Notes: generated from the sequence alone by a model not told the origin. Positions 19,990 to 31,662 are shown, counted from the stretch's first letter. The stretch: 64,000 nt of DNA from an uncultured Acidimicrobiia bacterium (GCA_963786955.1 CAWBAT010000006.1:384001-448000); one strand, 5' to 3'. Numbers and translations: made by a program.

Positions 19990-21093
19990 TTGAGGAACTC
20001 TCTCCTATTCTCCAGCATCTTGAACCGTCCGTTACGCACGTCAGCGACGGTTATCGCTATTGCCATGGAAGTCGTCTTGATCATTCTGGTGGTCGGGATG
20101 ACCCGCGGAATGATCAAAGACAGTGCCAAGCGGATCGAAGGCATCGGCGCAGACATTGTTTTTCAGCCTCCTGGATCCTCTTACATTCTGGCATCCAGTA
20201 CGGCGGCCATGCTGGAAAAGATCGCCGGGGTCATTCAAGAGACGGAAGGAGTTGATGCCGTTGCACCCGTGATGGTCCAGTTCAATACCCAAGGAGGAAT
20301 TGGATTGATCTACGGGATCGACGTCGCGAGCTTTGACCGAGTGACCAATGGCTTTTCGTTTATCCAGGGAAGAGCCTTTCGCGCTCCCGATGAAGTCATC
20401 ATTGACGATATTCAGGCCAAATCAAAAAGACTCCAGGTCGGCGACCGAGTCGATTTTCTGAATCATTCCTTTCGAGTTAGCGGAATTTTTGAGCACGGAA
20501 AAGGTTCCCGCATATTCTTGCCTCTCCGGACAATGCAAGAACTGACGGGGACTCCGGGGAAAGTGACTTTGATCTTTATCAAGTGCAAAGATAGAGAAGA
20601 GATCCCCGCGGTATCTTCAAGGCTAAGAGAACGTTTCAAAGGTTATACCGTTTCCCCTCTCTCCGAATTTGTTTCCCAGGTGTACAATGCAACGAATAAT
20701 GTTGCCGCGCTGAAATATTTTTTAAACGTCGTTATTTTTGTTTGTACGAGCGTTGGGTTTTTTGCGATTTTCCTGGCAATGTACACGGCCGTCACCGAAA
20801 GAAAGCGCGAAATCGGTATCTTGAAATCCCTGGGAGCTTCCAGACCTTACGTCCTTGCCGTTTTTCTTAAAGAAGCTTTTGTCTTATGTACCGTGGGATT
20901 GGCTTTAGGGATAGCCCTATCGTATTGGGGTAAAGCCCTGTTGCTCAGAGTGCTTCCATCATTTCAGGTTGAAATTGGGTTGGATTGGATTGTGAAGGCG
21001 GCTCTCATTGCCTTCTTGAGTGCCGGATTAGGAGCATTCTACCCTGCCCTGCGAGCCTCTAGCCAAGACCCGATCGATGCACTCGCTGAATGA
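19990..21093 (+). CDS. ABC transporter permease, MacB/FtsX/LolE-like
   Basis: One TM, periplasmic domain, then ERKREIGILKSLGAS and YPA.RAS..DPIDAL. Confidence 0.92.
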   Translation: MRNSLLFSSILNRPLRTSATVIAIAMEVVLIILVVGMTRGMIKDSAKRIEGIGADIVFQPPGSSYILASSTAAMLEKIAGVIQETEGVDAVAPVMVQFNTQGGIGLIYGIDVASFDRVTNGFSFIQGRAFRAPDEVIIDDIQAKSKRLQVGDRVDFLNHSFRVSGIFEHGKGSRIFLPLRTMQELTGTPGKVTLIFIKCKDREEIPAVSSRLRERFKGYTVSPLSEFVSQVYNATNNVAALKYFLNVVIFVCTSVGFFAIFLAMYTAVTERKREIGILKSLGASRPYVLAVFLKEAFVLCTVGLALGIALSYWGKALLLRVLPSFQVEIGLDWIVKAALIAFLSAGLGAFYPALRASSQDPIDALAE

Positions 21094-21109
21094 GAGCTTT
21101 GGCCTTGCG

Positions 21110-21278
21110 GTTATGCGTTAGTTATCGGGGGAATTTCTGGTAGGGCGCGCTCGCCGAGCGCGCCGCGGACGGCCCGGCGGTCCGTCCCTACCCACTCAGC
21201 CGCTACAGAAGCGACAACCTCATATCGTCACCGAAGGCATTGCCCTTACAGATTCCCCCCCCGTAACTAACGCATTAC
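21110..21278 (-). mobile_element. MITE copy 1 (169 bp) with internal REP doublet
   Basis: Ends GTTATGCGTTAGTTA... and ...TAACTAACGCATTAC; flanks GCCTTGCG/GCCTTGTG (7/8 TSD). Inverted relative to copies 2 and 3. Confidence 0.9.
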
Positions 21279-21367
21279 GCCTTGTGTTGATTTAGCGTTT
21301 ACGGTTGCAACCTCATTGGGCTATAATTTCAGGTTGGACTTGAAGGGTTTATTTTGTTGGCTGGGTT

Positions 21368-22087
21368 ATGAAAACAATTCTCGAAGCCATTGATGTCAAG
21401 AAGATTTATAAAGTAGGTCGCGTCGAAGTGCCCGCCTTGCGCGGGGTCAGCCTGAAAATGAGAGAAGGGGAATTTATCTCGATCATGGGCCCCTCTGGGT
21501 GTGGTAAATCCACGTTATTGCATATCCTCGGGGGACTGACTCACCCTTCAGAGGGAAAAGTGATCGTGGATGGAGAAGAGATCTCGTCCGCAAAAGATGC
21601 GGCCAGAACCGACATTCGCCGCCGAAAAATCGGTTTTGTATTTCAACGGTATAATTTATTGCCGACACTGAGCGCCCAGGGAAATCTGGATATCGCCCGT
21701 GAGATCTTCAAGAATGGGAGGGCACACGACGAGCACACGAAGGAAATCTTAGAGTTGCTCGGGTTGGACCACAAAACCAAGCATAAGCCATCCGAGATGT
21801 CCGGGGGGGAACAGCAAAGAGTAGCCATTGCGCGCGCCGTCATCAACCGACCGGCAATTCTTCTCGCGGACGAACCCACGGGGAATCTGGATAGTGAGAA
21901 TTCTCAAGCTGTGTTAAGCCTGCTCCAGGAACTGAATCGAACACTGAACCAATCTATCATCATGATTACGCATAATCCGGAGGCGGCTGCGGTCGCAAAC
22001 CGGTTGGTTCAGATGCGTGACGGGAGAATCATTTCTTATGAACACGACCTGAGTTGGAATGCGAAGGAGGACAAGATTTACATCTGA
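21368..22087 (+). CDS. ABC transporter ATP-binding protein (LolD/MacB-type)
   Basis: [35 protein letters not shown]. Confidence 0.96.
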   Translation: MKTILEAIDVKKIYKVGRVEVPALRGVSLKMREGEFISIMGPSGCGKSTLLHILGGLTHPSEGKVIVDGEEISSAKDAARTDIRRRKIGFVFQRYNLLPTLSAQGNLDIAREIFKNGRAHDEHTKEILELLGLDHKTKHKPSEMSGGEQQRVAIARAVINRPAILLADEPTGNLDSENSQAVLSLLQELNRTLNQSIIMITHNPEAAAVANRLVQMRDGRIISYEHDLSWNAKEDKIYI

Positions 22088-22089
22088 CC

Positions 22090-22497
22090 ATGAAGAAGAA
22101 CTGGTTTTCAGAACTAGGAAAGCTTATTTTTTGGCCCTATGGTCGGGGGACTTTGCAATACGACGTCCTCTGCGGTCTGATCCTGGCTTTCATCTTCTTC
22201 ACGCCTCGCAGTTGCTTCCACGACTGGCCGGTCTTTAATAGCCCTACTCAATTTACTTTCGGCAATCCGATCGTCGATACATACGATCAGAATGGGAAAC
22301 CGGTATTGAATGTCAGCACTCAGCTCTTTCCACAAAGCATGGACTCTACAGCGGTGAGGACTGCTGCCCGCACCCTTCTACAAAAGTCCCTCAATCGGTC
22401 CATATCCATTGCAGATATCAAGCCAATCCTGAATGAGAATGGAGAAACGGTGGGCTACTCGATTTGGCTTGGACAGGAAAATTCAGCTGCCTTTTAG
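22090..22497 (+). CDS. Hypothetical membrane-anchored protein
   Basis: FWPYGRGTLQYDVLCGLILAFIFFTP N-terminal TM; directly follows the ATPase gene. Confidence 0.7.
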   Translation: MKKNWFSELGKLIFWPYGRGTLQYDVLCGLILAFIFFTPRSCFHDWPVFNSPTQFTFGNPIVDTYDQNGKPVLNVSTQLFPQSMDSTAVRTAARTLLQKSLNRSISIADIKPILNENGETVGYSIWLGQENSAAF

Positions 22498-22588
22498 TGT
22501 TTTTCACTTCTCACGGCCCGAGGTGATTCAATTGTGGAGCAAGACTTCCCATTGGAAGTGGAAAATATGGACGGACGTCTCTGAAACG

Positions 22589-23332
22589 ATGTGGATGCAT
22601 CAACCAGTTCGGATTCGACCGATGGGGTGGCCCGGATTGAGAGTTTTGTCCGTCTTGCTGCTGAGCGCTGCGGTGGTAAGTTATCCTACGGCTTTTTATC
22701 CTGAAACAACGCCCGAAATCAATAAAGTCTTCGAGCGGATTGATCACGCCGGCAAATCCATCGTTGATCTAACTGCTGGGATCACTCAAAGCAAGGTCAC
22801 TCTGGTCGTCAATGACACGTCAACCGATACCGGGAAACTCATGTTGAAGCGGACCAAGAGCGGAAATCGGACTCGATTGGATTATCAAACACCCGAATTA
22901 AAGACGTTGTTGATTGACAAAGGGAAAATCTGGATTTACGAGCCGAACTTGAAACGATTGCAGGAAATCGAGCTTGGAAAAAATCGCGACCAGGCAGAAT
23001 TTATGCTGGTGGGTCTGGGACAATCCAGTAGTGCGCTGTTACGTGCCTACGACGTGAAGTATTTGAAGGAAGAGAACGTCAACGGAAGCAAAGCTTCCTT
23101 GATTGAGCTAAAGCCGAAATCGGAGAAGGCGTCCGCTATGTTCTCGAAGATTTGGCTTTGGATTGATTATAGTTTCGGGATCCCCATTCAGAGCCGGCTC
23201 ACCGAATCCAATGGAGATTATCTGACCTTGCAATTGGCAAACATTAAGATTAATCCAAATTTGACCGATAAAGACTTTAAACTGAACCTGCCTCCAGGGG
23301 TTGAAAAAATTTCTCCCATGAAATCCAAATAA
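22589..23332 (+). CDS. Outer-membrane lipoprotein carrier LolA-like protein
   Basis: Signal-like segment; RLDYQTPE..LLIDKGKIWIYEP, LIELKPK, LWID, INPNLTDKDFKLNLP. Start uncertain. Confidence 0.8.
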   Translation: MWMHQPVRIRPMGWPGLRVLSVLLLSAAVVSYPTAFYPETTPEINKVFERIDHAGKSIVDLTAGITQSKVTLVVNDTSTDTGKLMLKRTKSGNRTRLDYQTPELKTLLIDKGKIWIYEPNLKRLQEIELGKNRDQAEFMLVGLGQSSSALLRAYDVKYLKEENVNGSKASLIELKPKSEKASAMFSKIWLWIDYSFGIPIQSRLTESNGDYLTLQLANIKINPNLTDKDFKLNLPPGVEKISPMKSK

Positions 23333-23352
23333 GCGAAGTCGCTGCTACCTCA

Positions 23353-23723
23353 ATGCCGAAAAAAATCCTATCTGGTCGACGACGACCCCAAAATTCTTCT
23401 CCTCGAGAAGACAATTCTGAACCAATCGGGTATTCTCCGTGGAGACGGCTTCCGATGGGATGGAAGCCTTAGAAAAGCTGAAGAAGAGTTCTTATGACGC
23501 GATCGTTTTGGACATTTTGATGCCTCGTATGGACGGATATGAGACGGCGAAAGAGATCAAGAAATTGGAGAACCACAAGGCGACTCCGATCGTTATGGTA
23601 ACCGCCGCTCAAGAGAGGGAGGCCATGAAGCAGAGTTTTGCATCCGGTGTGCTCGTTTTCATGAATAAACCCTTCACGGCCCAAACCTTTCTTTCGCTCA
23701 TTCAGACTGTCCTCAACAAGTAA
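23353..23723 (+). CDS. Single-domain response regulator (5' frameshifts)
   Basis: MPKKI..LVDDD, LDILMPRMDG, KPF; two apparent indels near 23371 and 23432. Confidence 0.85.
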
Positions 23724-23883
23724 GATCTCGGCATCACCGAGCGGATTCCAAAGCCAGGGACTCTCGAAATTTGAGTCCTCTCTTAGATTCCGGACCGCGT
23801 ACCCTACCTTTCGCCAGCCCTTGAGCCCTTCTTGCAGACAGAAGACTTGCGCAATAACCCCCGTCAGGAATGCTCAAAGATAG

Positions 23884-26589
23884 TCATTCCACGCCTGCGA
23901 TCAACTGTCTGAGAACATAGGGGAGGATACCCCCATGCTCGTAATAATCCACCTCAATGGGGGTATCGATTCGCAAAATGAGAGCCGTTCTATCGGTGGC
24001 ACCAGATGCCCGATGAATCACCAAGGTGAGATCCTGCTGCGGTTGGAGTGGCCTATCAAGTCCTTCGATGTCGAATCGTTCACTTCCATCCAGATGGAGG
24101 GATTGGGCAGTAGTGGCCTCTTTGAATTGACAGGGAAGCACTCCCATTCCTACCAAATTGCTCCGATGGATCCTTTCGAAACTCTGCGCGACCACGGCTT
24201 TGACGCCAAGAAGTTTCGTTCCTTTTGCAGCCCAATCCCTCGAACTCCCTGTGCCATACTCTTGCCCCGCAAAGACCATCAAAGGAATACCCTCCTTTTG
24301 ATATTTCAGTGCGGCATCATAGATGCTCATCAGTTGAAGGTCCGGTTGATGGAGTGTCACCCCGCCCTCGACTCCAGGCACCATGAGGTTTTTGATGCGC
24401 ACATTGGCAAAGGTCCCACGAGTCATGATTTGGTCATTGCCTCGACGTGCGCCATAGCTATTAAAGTCGTCTGGCGCCACGCCCCTCTCTTGAAGGTAGA
24501 TGCCCGCCGGAGAGGTTTTCTTAATGGCTCCTGCAGGGCTGATATGGTCAGTCGTGACGGAATCGCCAAAAATCGCCAATGCCCGTGCCTTCTTAATTTC
24601 CCCCGTCGGAGACACCGCCATAGAAAAGTTTTCAAAAAAAGGAGGGTCTTGAATATAAGTAGAATCAGGGTCCCATTCATAGAGATCGCCCGTACTACTG
24701 GGAACTTCATTCCACAGCGGATTCTGGTTGCTGAAGTCCTTATAGAGTTTACGAAAGACGCTTGGATCCATAACCTTTTCCATCAATTCGCGGATATCCT
24801 TAGGGGAGGGCCAGATATCCCTTAAATAGACCTCTTTACCATCCTGCCCTGTGCCTAGTGGTTCAGCGGACAGGTTGATGTCGACCCGCCCAGCCAGTGC
24901 AAATGCCACAACGAGCGGGGGGCTCATTAGGAAATTGGCTTTGATGCTCTGGTGCACTCTGGCTTCGAAGTTCCGGTTCCCGCTGAGAACGCTGGCGGCA
25001 ATGAGATCGTTCTTGGTGACCACTTCTTCGATCCTCGCATCAAGCGGGCCCGAATTCCCGATACACGTCGTACATCCATAGCCGACGAGATGGAATCCAA
25101 GCCGATCCAGATACGGCTGCAAACCGGTATTGACAAGATAGTCCGTGACCACACGGGATCCCGGCGCCAATGATGTTTTCACGGTCGGACGGACGCTCAA
25201 ACCCTTTTCAACTGCCTTTTTGGCGAGCAACCCGGCAGCCAACATCACACTGGGATTAGAAGTGTTTGTGCAGGACGTAATCGCAGCGATGAGCACATCG
25301 CCATGTCCCACATCTCCTAGAGGCTGCTGGCCATTCGCAAACGAGAATCGTTTTCGAAGATCGTCCTTAGATTTGTTGTATCCATTTTCTGCCACCGGAA
25401 TTTGGAAGAGTTCCGTAAACCGACTCTTTAGTTCCGAAAGCTCAATCCGATCCTGAGGGCGTTTAGGACCGGCTACGGCTGGCCGGATTTCCTGAAGGTC
25501 GATTTCAATCATTTGGAATAGTCGCACTCTCCTTGAACGGGGACTCCAAATAATCCCTGGGCTTTGAAGTAGTTTCGAAATGTTTCAACGTGTTCCGGGG
25601 TACGTCCTGTCGCCAGCAAGTACTTGCAGGTTTCCTCGTCCGCAGGGAAAAATCCCATCGTGGCTCCATATTCGGGAGCCATATTCGCAATCGTTGCCCG
25701 ATCCATCGCCGGCAGCGAAGCCGTGCCTTCCCCATAAAATTCGACAAATTTCCCTACCACCTTCTCTCGACGCAGCCTCTCGGTACAATGCAGAACCAAG
25801 TCAGTAGCCGTTACTCCGTCACACAAGGAGTTCTTTAAATGAACACCGACCACATCCGGGGTCAAAAAATAAACGGGCTGCCCCAACATTCCTGCTTCGG
25901 CTTCAATTCCCCCGACCCCCCATCCTACAATTCCCAATCCATTAATCATGGTGGTGTGGGAATCAGTTCCAACCAGAGTGTCTGGATAAAAGACGCCTTG
26001 CTTTTCCAACACTCCTTTCCCCAAGTATTCCAAATTGACTTGGTGAACGATTCCAATTCCCGGAGGAATGACTCTAAAGCCGTCAAAGGCTTGCATTCCC
26101 CATTTCAGAAACTGATATCGAGGACGGTTTCTCTTGAACTCCATTTCCATGTTTTGCTGGAAAGCGGTGAGGGTGCCGGAGAAATCAACTTGGACGGAAT
26201 GGTCCACGACGAGATCAACCGGTACAAGAGGCTCAATGAGCTTGGCATCCTTCCCCATCCGGGCGCAGGCCGATCGCATCGCTGCCAAATCTACCAATAG
26301 CGGAACCCCCGTGAAATCCTGGAGTACAATCCGCGCCACAATGAAGGGGATCTCATCGGTTCGCTTGGCTTGGGGTTGCCAATGCGCCAACTGAGTGATG
26401 TCGCCTTCTTGGATTTTCTTTCCATCAAAGTTCCGAAGGACTGACTCCAGAACAATCCGAATACTGACCGGCAAACGAGAAATCTTTCCAAGACCTTCTG
26501 CCTCCAGTTGGGGTAGTGAATAATATTGACCTGTTCTCCCCACTACCCAAAAGGAAGGTTTTTAAGGAATTATATAAATGATGTGCCAT
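23884..26589 (-). CDS. acnA: Aconitate hydratase A (frameshifts near 26540 and 25510)
   Basis: [54 protein letters not shown]. Confidence 0.95.
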
Positions 26590-26846
26590 TGAAATCCCTC
26601 TCAATTACAAAGAATCATTGCCATGCACCATCAGAACTCAGGGACCCGTTCCATTCCGAGAATATTCGCAGCAGAAGACCCTGTCAAGGTCCCGAATGAA
26701 CATAAGCAAGTTTTAACAGCCAGCCACAATTTCAAGTTTAACAGCAGACCTCCGTTGCGGTAAGCTTTCATTGCCTTGTTCAGGGACAAGGGATTTGCTG
26801 GCAACGAATCCTTATGCCCTATAGGACATCCGCCTTTTAGCTATGA

Positions 26847-27150
26847 GTGAATCCTCAAGAATCGGTTTGCCGCTTGATGGAAAACACAGGATTCACAGTC
26901 ACTCGGGTGATCTCTGATGAATTCCAAATGCGTTTCCTCGACGGGACAAGTTTGCTGAATCATGTCTTAACAAGGATCGGGTTCCTCACCGGGTGGTTGG
27001 ATGTAGTCGAGGAAAAGGATCGGGACCACCTATTCGCCTTACTCGAACAGGAGCTGAACGATATCGCAACCAGCCAAGGCTGTCTGACGATGACGATCCC
27101 GATGCTCTATCTCGAAGCCAAAGCCTCTAAACTCAGGCGAGAGAGGAGAA
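26847..27150 (+). pseudogene. C-terminal fragment resembling a SAM methyltransferase-family protein
   Basis: MRFLDGTSLLNH..LEQELN..LTMTIPMLYLEA; no upstream SAM-binding part is visible. Confidence 0.4.
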
Positions 27151-27151
27151 A

Positions 27152-27780
27152 CATGTTTGCCGGGCATCTGGGCGCAGGGTTAATCCTGAAACGAATCAAT
27201 CCGTCTGTCAATTTGGGCCTTCTGTTCCTGGCGACCTTGTTCCTCGACGTGATTCTCTGGGTGTTCATCCTGCTGGGCATCGAGTCCATACGCGTTCCTG
27301 CCGATTTTCAGAAACGGCATTATTTGACTTTCTTTTTTCCATACTCTCACGGATTAGTATTTAGCATTTTTTGGTCTCTGTTATTCGGGTTTGATCTGTT
27401 TACTGGCTTTGGAGATCTTCCTCGACTGTGAGGCGCAACGCAGCTTTCATTATGGCGATTACTGTGTTTTCTCATTTCATCTTGGACTTTCTTGTGCACG
27501 TCCCTGAAATGCCAGTTTATCGGACCCGGTTCACACCCTTTAGGATTAGGCTTGTGGAACCATCTGCCACTCGCCCTCGGACTGGAGAGTTTGATTGCTT
27601 TGACAGGAACCTATCTCTGGCTGCAAGATTCGAAGCGAACCTTCTCGTGTCAGTTATCCTTGGGGCTATTGATGGGGCTCGTCACTGCAATGACCGTGGT
27701 GGGACAGTGGCTGCAGACTTCACCGCCAGAGCCTATCCAGATGGCCGTTTCATCGACTCACCTTTATCTTATTGCTGATT
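27152..27780 (+). CDS. Membrane protein, metal-dependent hydrolase-like (frameshifted)
   Basis: MFAGH, FLDV, PYSHGL, SHFILDFLVH, GLGLWN across three frames; GAGGAG RBS. Confidence 0.75.
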
Positions 27781-27831
27781 GGGGCCGGATATCTGGATTG
27801 ACCGAAAATCAGTTCGCTTGTGAAAATCTCC

Positions 27832-28378
27832 ATGCAAACGGAACTCTCGAATTCATTCATCAAGATCCGTCGTTACGTGACGGCAGATATTCCACTCCTA
27901 TTCGAGGCAGCACGCGAATCGGTCGCCGCAGGTTCCCGCTGGCTTCCCTGGTTGCACCCCGACTATTCCATGGCCGAAAGTTTGGAATGGGTGGTCGATT
28001 GCCGCAGACAGTGGGATCAAGGTCGCGAATATAGCTTTGCCATTGTCGATCCTACTAAACGACCAGTTTCTCGGAGGCGTTGGGTTAAATCAAATCAGCA
28101 ATACCTATCGAATGGCCAATCTGGGCTACTGGGTGAGATCCAGCTGCACGGGCCGCGGAGTCGCAACGGCCGCGACACAGTCTGATCGCTCAATTTGGAT
28201 TTACAGTCCTACCGCTTCAACGACTCGAGATTCTGGCTGAAGTAGACAACATAGCCAGTCAGCGGGTCGCCGAAAAAGCCGGTGCCTTGCGGGAAGGACT
28301 TCTTCGCAGGCGGCTTGTGATCCACGGGAACTCGGTGGATGCTGTTCGTCTATTCCCTCATTGCTCCCGACGCGATAG
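27832..28378 (+). CDS. GNAT N-acetyltransferase, RimJ/RimL family (frameshifted)
   Basis: WLPW, ANLGYWVRSSCTGRGVAT, NIASQRVAEKAG..EGLLR. Confidence 0.85.
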
Positions 28379-28607
28379 CCGCGCTTTAATCCGCACTCGC
28401 ATGAAGCCATGAAAATCTCGGCCGTAGCGGAGAATCAGGCCTTCGGTCTCCCTCTAACTTCCATAATCTCTGTTGGGCATTGCTCCAGCACCCAACGGGT
28501 TCACACGCTTTCCGCAATTCTTTTCATTCCCCCCAGTCCACGGTCGACCGAACACTTTGCACCTGAATCCCTACCCACAGGTTCACAAGATATATTAAAG
28601 TATCACT

Positions 28608-29894
28608 ATGAACATAACAGTAATGCCTGCCAAAAGTGTCGTGGGTCACATTCAGCTTCCTGGAGATAAGTCGATCTCTCATCGGCTAGCCATATTGGGC
28701 GCCATCTCGGTCAGGAGAAACATCAATCGAGAATTTCGCCAGTAGTCAGGATTGCCACAGTACACTTGGATGTTTCATGGCATTGGGGGTTGCCCATTGA
28801 GAAGGACGGCAAAAACCATATTCGCATCCGGGAAAGGCCTGAATGGATTCACTCCCCACACGATATCCTAGATGCTGGCAACTCGGGCTCGACCATTCGC
28901 ATGTTGTCGGGAATACTGGCAGGGAATCCCTTCCAATCAACCATCACAGGGGATGCATCATTGCAACGCCGTCCAATGAATCGTGTTCTTGTTCCGCTGG
29001 AGCAGATGGGCGCCGATATTCAAGCGACCGAAGGCAATTACCCCCCGCTCACGATCAAAGGGGGTCTACTAAAGCCGATCCGTTACACTCTGCCGGTTGC
29101 CAGTGCCCAAGTAAAGTCTGCAATCTTATTGGCAGGATCTGTATGCCGAAGGCGATACGACCGTCATTGAGCCAATTCCAACACGAAATCATACTGAGAC
29201 TGGCTCTTCTGGAGTTTGGGGGAAAGCTCGCCTTTGACGGCAACGCAATCACGATCGCCGGCAAGCAAAAGCTCCATGGCATCCAAACCAAAGTGCCGGG
29301 CGACATCTCCTCGGCTGCATTCTTTTTGGCTGCTGCACTCCTGCTGGAAATTCGGAGATTCGGATGGCCGGGTTGGACTCAGCCCGGGCGCCGCGGCATC
29401 GTTGACCTGTTGATGAAAATGGGTGCTTCCATCGAAATAATTGATCCACGTCGCGAGGGCGGGGAGCCTGTCGGAGACTTATGCGCCAAATCGTCAGAAT
29501 CTGAAGGGCGGAAGGGTTGCCGGTCAAGATGTGCCCCAACTCATCGATGAGATTCCCAATCCTGGCGGTATTAGGAACACAGACGGCCGAAGGAATTGAA
29601 ATCCGGGATGCCGCAGAACTCCGCATCAAAGAAAGTGATCGAATTCGAAGTATCGTGGACAACCTCCGCAGCATGGGGGCCACAGTGGAGGAATTCCCGG
29701 ACGGGTTGTTCGTAGCCGGGAAGCAAATCTTAAAAGGGACACGAATCAACACCTATGGTGATCATCGCATTGCCATGGCCTTCGCCATTGCAGGGCTGCT
29801 GGCCCAAGGGGAAACTGTGATCCAAGACGCTGAGTGCGCTGCGGTTTCTTTCCCGGATTTTTTTGAAACGTTGCAGCGCCTCATCTTGCCCTAG
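28608..29894 (+). CDS. aroA: 3-phosphoshikimate 1-carboxyvinyltransferase (multiple frameshifts)
   Basis: [45 protein letters not shown]. Confidence 0.93.
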
Positions 29895-30099
29895 TTCGCG
29901 CTTTCTGAATACGACATTGCTTGTTGTTAGGAGAGAAGGCAATCGGAATGCGTGCCGATCAAACGACAAACAGCTCTTGTCCTAACCCCTTGGGTCTCGC
30001 TTCTTCCAACAAAACCAGGGCAGACCGAAAAACTTTGAACAAGACAAACATCCTCACAATTTGTTTCTGCCTGGACAAGGAGGGACGAAGAGGAAAACA

Positions 30100-31446
30100 T
30101 TAGTTTGCAATTGCCGTGTGCAAAACGGCTCGCTTGCTGACCTCGCTGTGCAAGGCTTCCAAGAAAATGCCAAAGCGGTGGAGACCGAACCGGAGGGCCC
30201 CGGTGTCTCTCGCGGAAACTACTTCTTCTGCGAAGTTCTCGAATTCTTCCCAATCTTTAAACATCAAATACCTTAGCCCGCTCTCACGGAAATTATGGAA
30301 TTTCTTGACCAGTTGGGGGAGGTTTTCAACATTGGCCTCGGATTCGAACTGTTTCATTCCGCTCGTTAAGAGCGAGATTTCCTGAAGCAATTTGTGTGAC
30401 TGGTCCAGCCGGGTCACATAGGTGGAAAAGATGAGTCGTCCATCGAAAGCCGGTTCGAATGCCTGGGCGATCCGAACCATCGACTGTTGAAGAGAATTCT
30501 TCAGAAGTCCATGGCTGTTTTCAATTTTGGCAAAGACAGGGGGAGCATGACGCAAATAAACCAGCCCTACGAGCTCATAGCTAAAGACCTTTTTGAGTTC
30601 CTGGCTTAAAGCAAAAATGGTCGAGTCCAGGATTTCAATACTTCCGGAACTAATGTCAGGATGTTTGCATATTTTCGATTCAATGAAATCGAACAACATA
30701 CGCAGTTCTGAATTGACCAGCGAAAAGATCAAGAGGGCCTTCTTCAACGGACGGTCTTGCTCTAAGTCTTTTTCGATGAATTCCAAGTAACGCAACAAAC
30801 GGAACATCTCGAGAAAGACTTTAGCCAGATCCTGACGCAAGCTCTCGTTGTGAATGCGCTTGATGAATGACGCGATATGTTGATTATCGACACGATCGTA
30901 CTGGACTTTGAATTTGTGTGCCACGAGGATCTCAATGTAACGGCACTGCTTGATCTCACGATTGATCAACTTTCCCATTGACGAGAAAGTCTTAAACGTC
31001 ACCTCAGGTGCTTTGATCAATTCTTCCATGAGGCAGCGAAGATCCGCCAAGGATTCCAACAGGAGCGCGAGCGAATCATCCGGGGTCGGCTGGGTTTTCA
31101 TGCGGTGCAAGAAATTTCCAATTGCATTATCACTTTTGAGGGTACCGCTGACATAATTATCAAACTGGATGAGGTTGGAACGATCCTGGGAAATGACTTC
31201 GTTGGCGAGAACACTCATTCGCAAGGTCACGTCGCGAACAATGGATAACTCTTCCTTAAAATCCTTCAGAAGGAAGTTCTTAATTTCTCCATCTTCGGAC
31301 GGTTGGTTTTGTGTTCTGAAAAAGCGGTCAAAACATTTGACCCACATTTCCAGTTCCAGCAGATAATCCGTTTTGTTCTTACGGCTGATCTCATCGAGCC
31401 AGCGATTTAGAGCCGTTTGCGTTGTGCTTTGAAGAAGATCACTCAT
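30100..31446 (-). CDS. Hypothetical predicted all-helical protein (~448 aa)
   Basis: Long intact ORF, Leu/Glu/Lys-rich amphipathic pattern, no recognised motif. Start placed at MSDLL. Confidence 0.75.
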   Translation of the reverse strand: MSDLLQSTTQTALNRWLDEISRKNKTDYLLELEMWVKCFDRFFRTQNQPSEDGEIKNFLLKDFKEELSIVRDVTLRMSVLANEVISQDRSNLIQFDNYVSGTLKSDNAIGNFLHRMKTQPTPDDSLALLLESLADLRCLMEELIKAPEVTFKTFSSMGKLINREIKQCRYIEILVAHKFKVQYDRVDNQHIASFIKRIHNESLRQDLAKVFLEMFRLLRYLEFIEKDLEQDRPLKKALLIFSLVNSELRMLFDFIESKICKHPDISSGSIEILDSTIFALSQELKKVFSYELVGLVYLRHAPPVFAKIENSHGLLKNSLQQSMVRIAQAFEPAFDGRLIFSTYVTRLDQSHKLLQEISLLTSGMKQFESEANVENLPQLVKKFHNFRESGLRYLMFKDWEEFENFAEEVVSARDTGALRFGLHRFGIFLEALHSEVSKRAVLHTAIAN

Positions 31447-31662
31447 CCGTCGTTCCACCAGCCCCTCTTTGAAAATGACTCCTTCTAGGTTGCAACGATA
31501 AATGCTTGAACCCACCGAGGTTAACGTCCCGAGTGAAAGCGAATTTTGGCGAACCTCAGCAACGTCGTGCAAATGCCACCATAGAAATCTTATCGGTAAT
31601 TTCGGCCGGAGGTTCACAATTGGAATAAAGAAAGGATAAATCGAGAAATTAAGGGCGAAAGG

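Noticed and set aside
23935-24825. Long antisense ORFs (also 48782-49564, 1295-1843, 33928-34476)
   Set aside because: They are shadows of well-supported genes on the opposite strand and have no motifs of their own.
23884-26589. Naturally split two-subunit aconitase
   Set aside because: The halves join through a one-base shift in an A-run near 25510; this is a standard AcnA.
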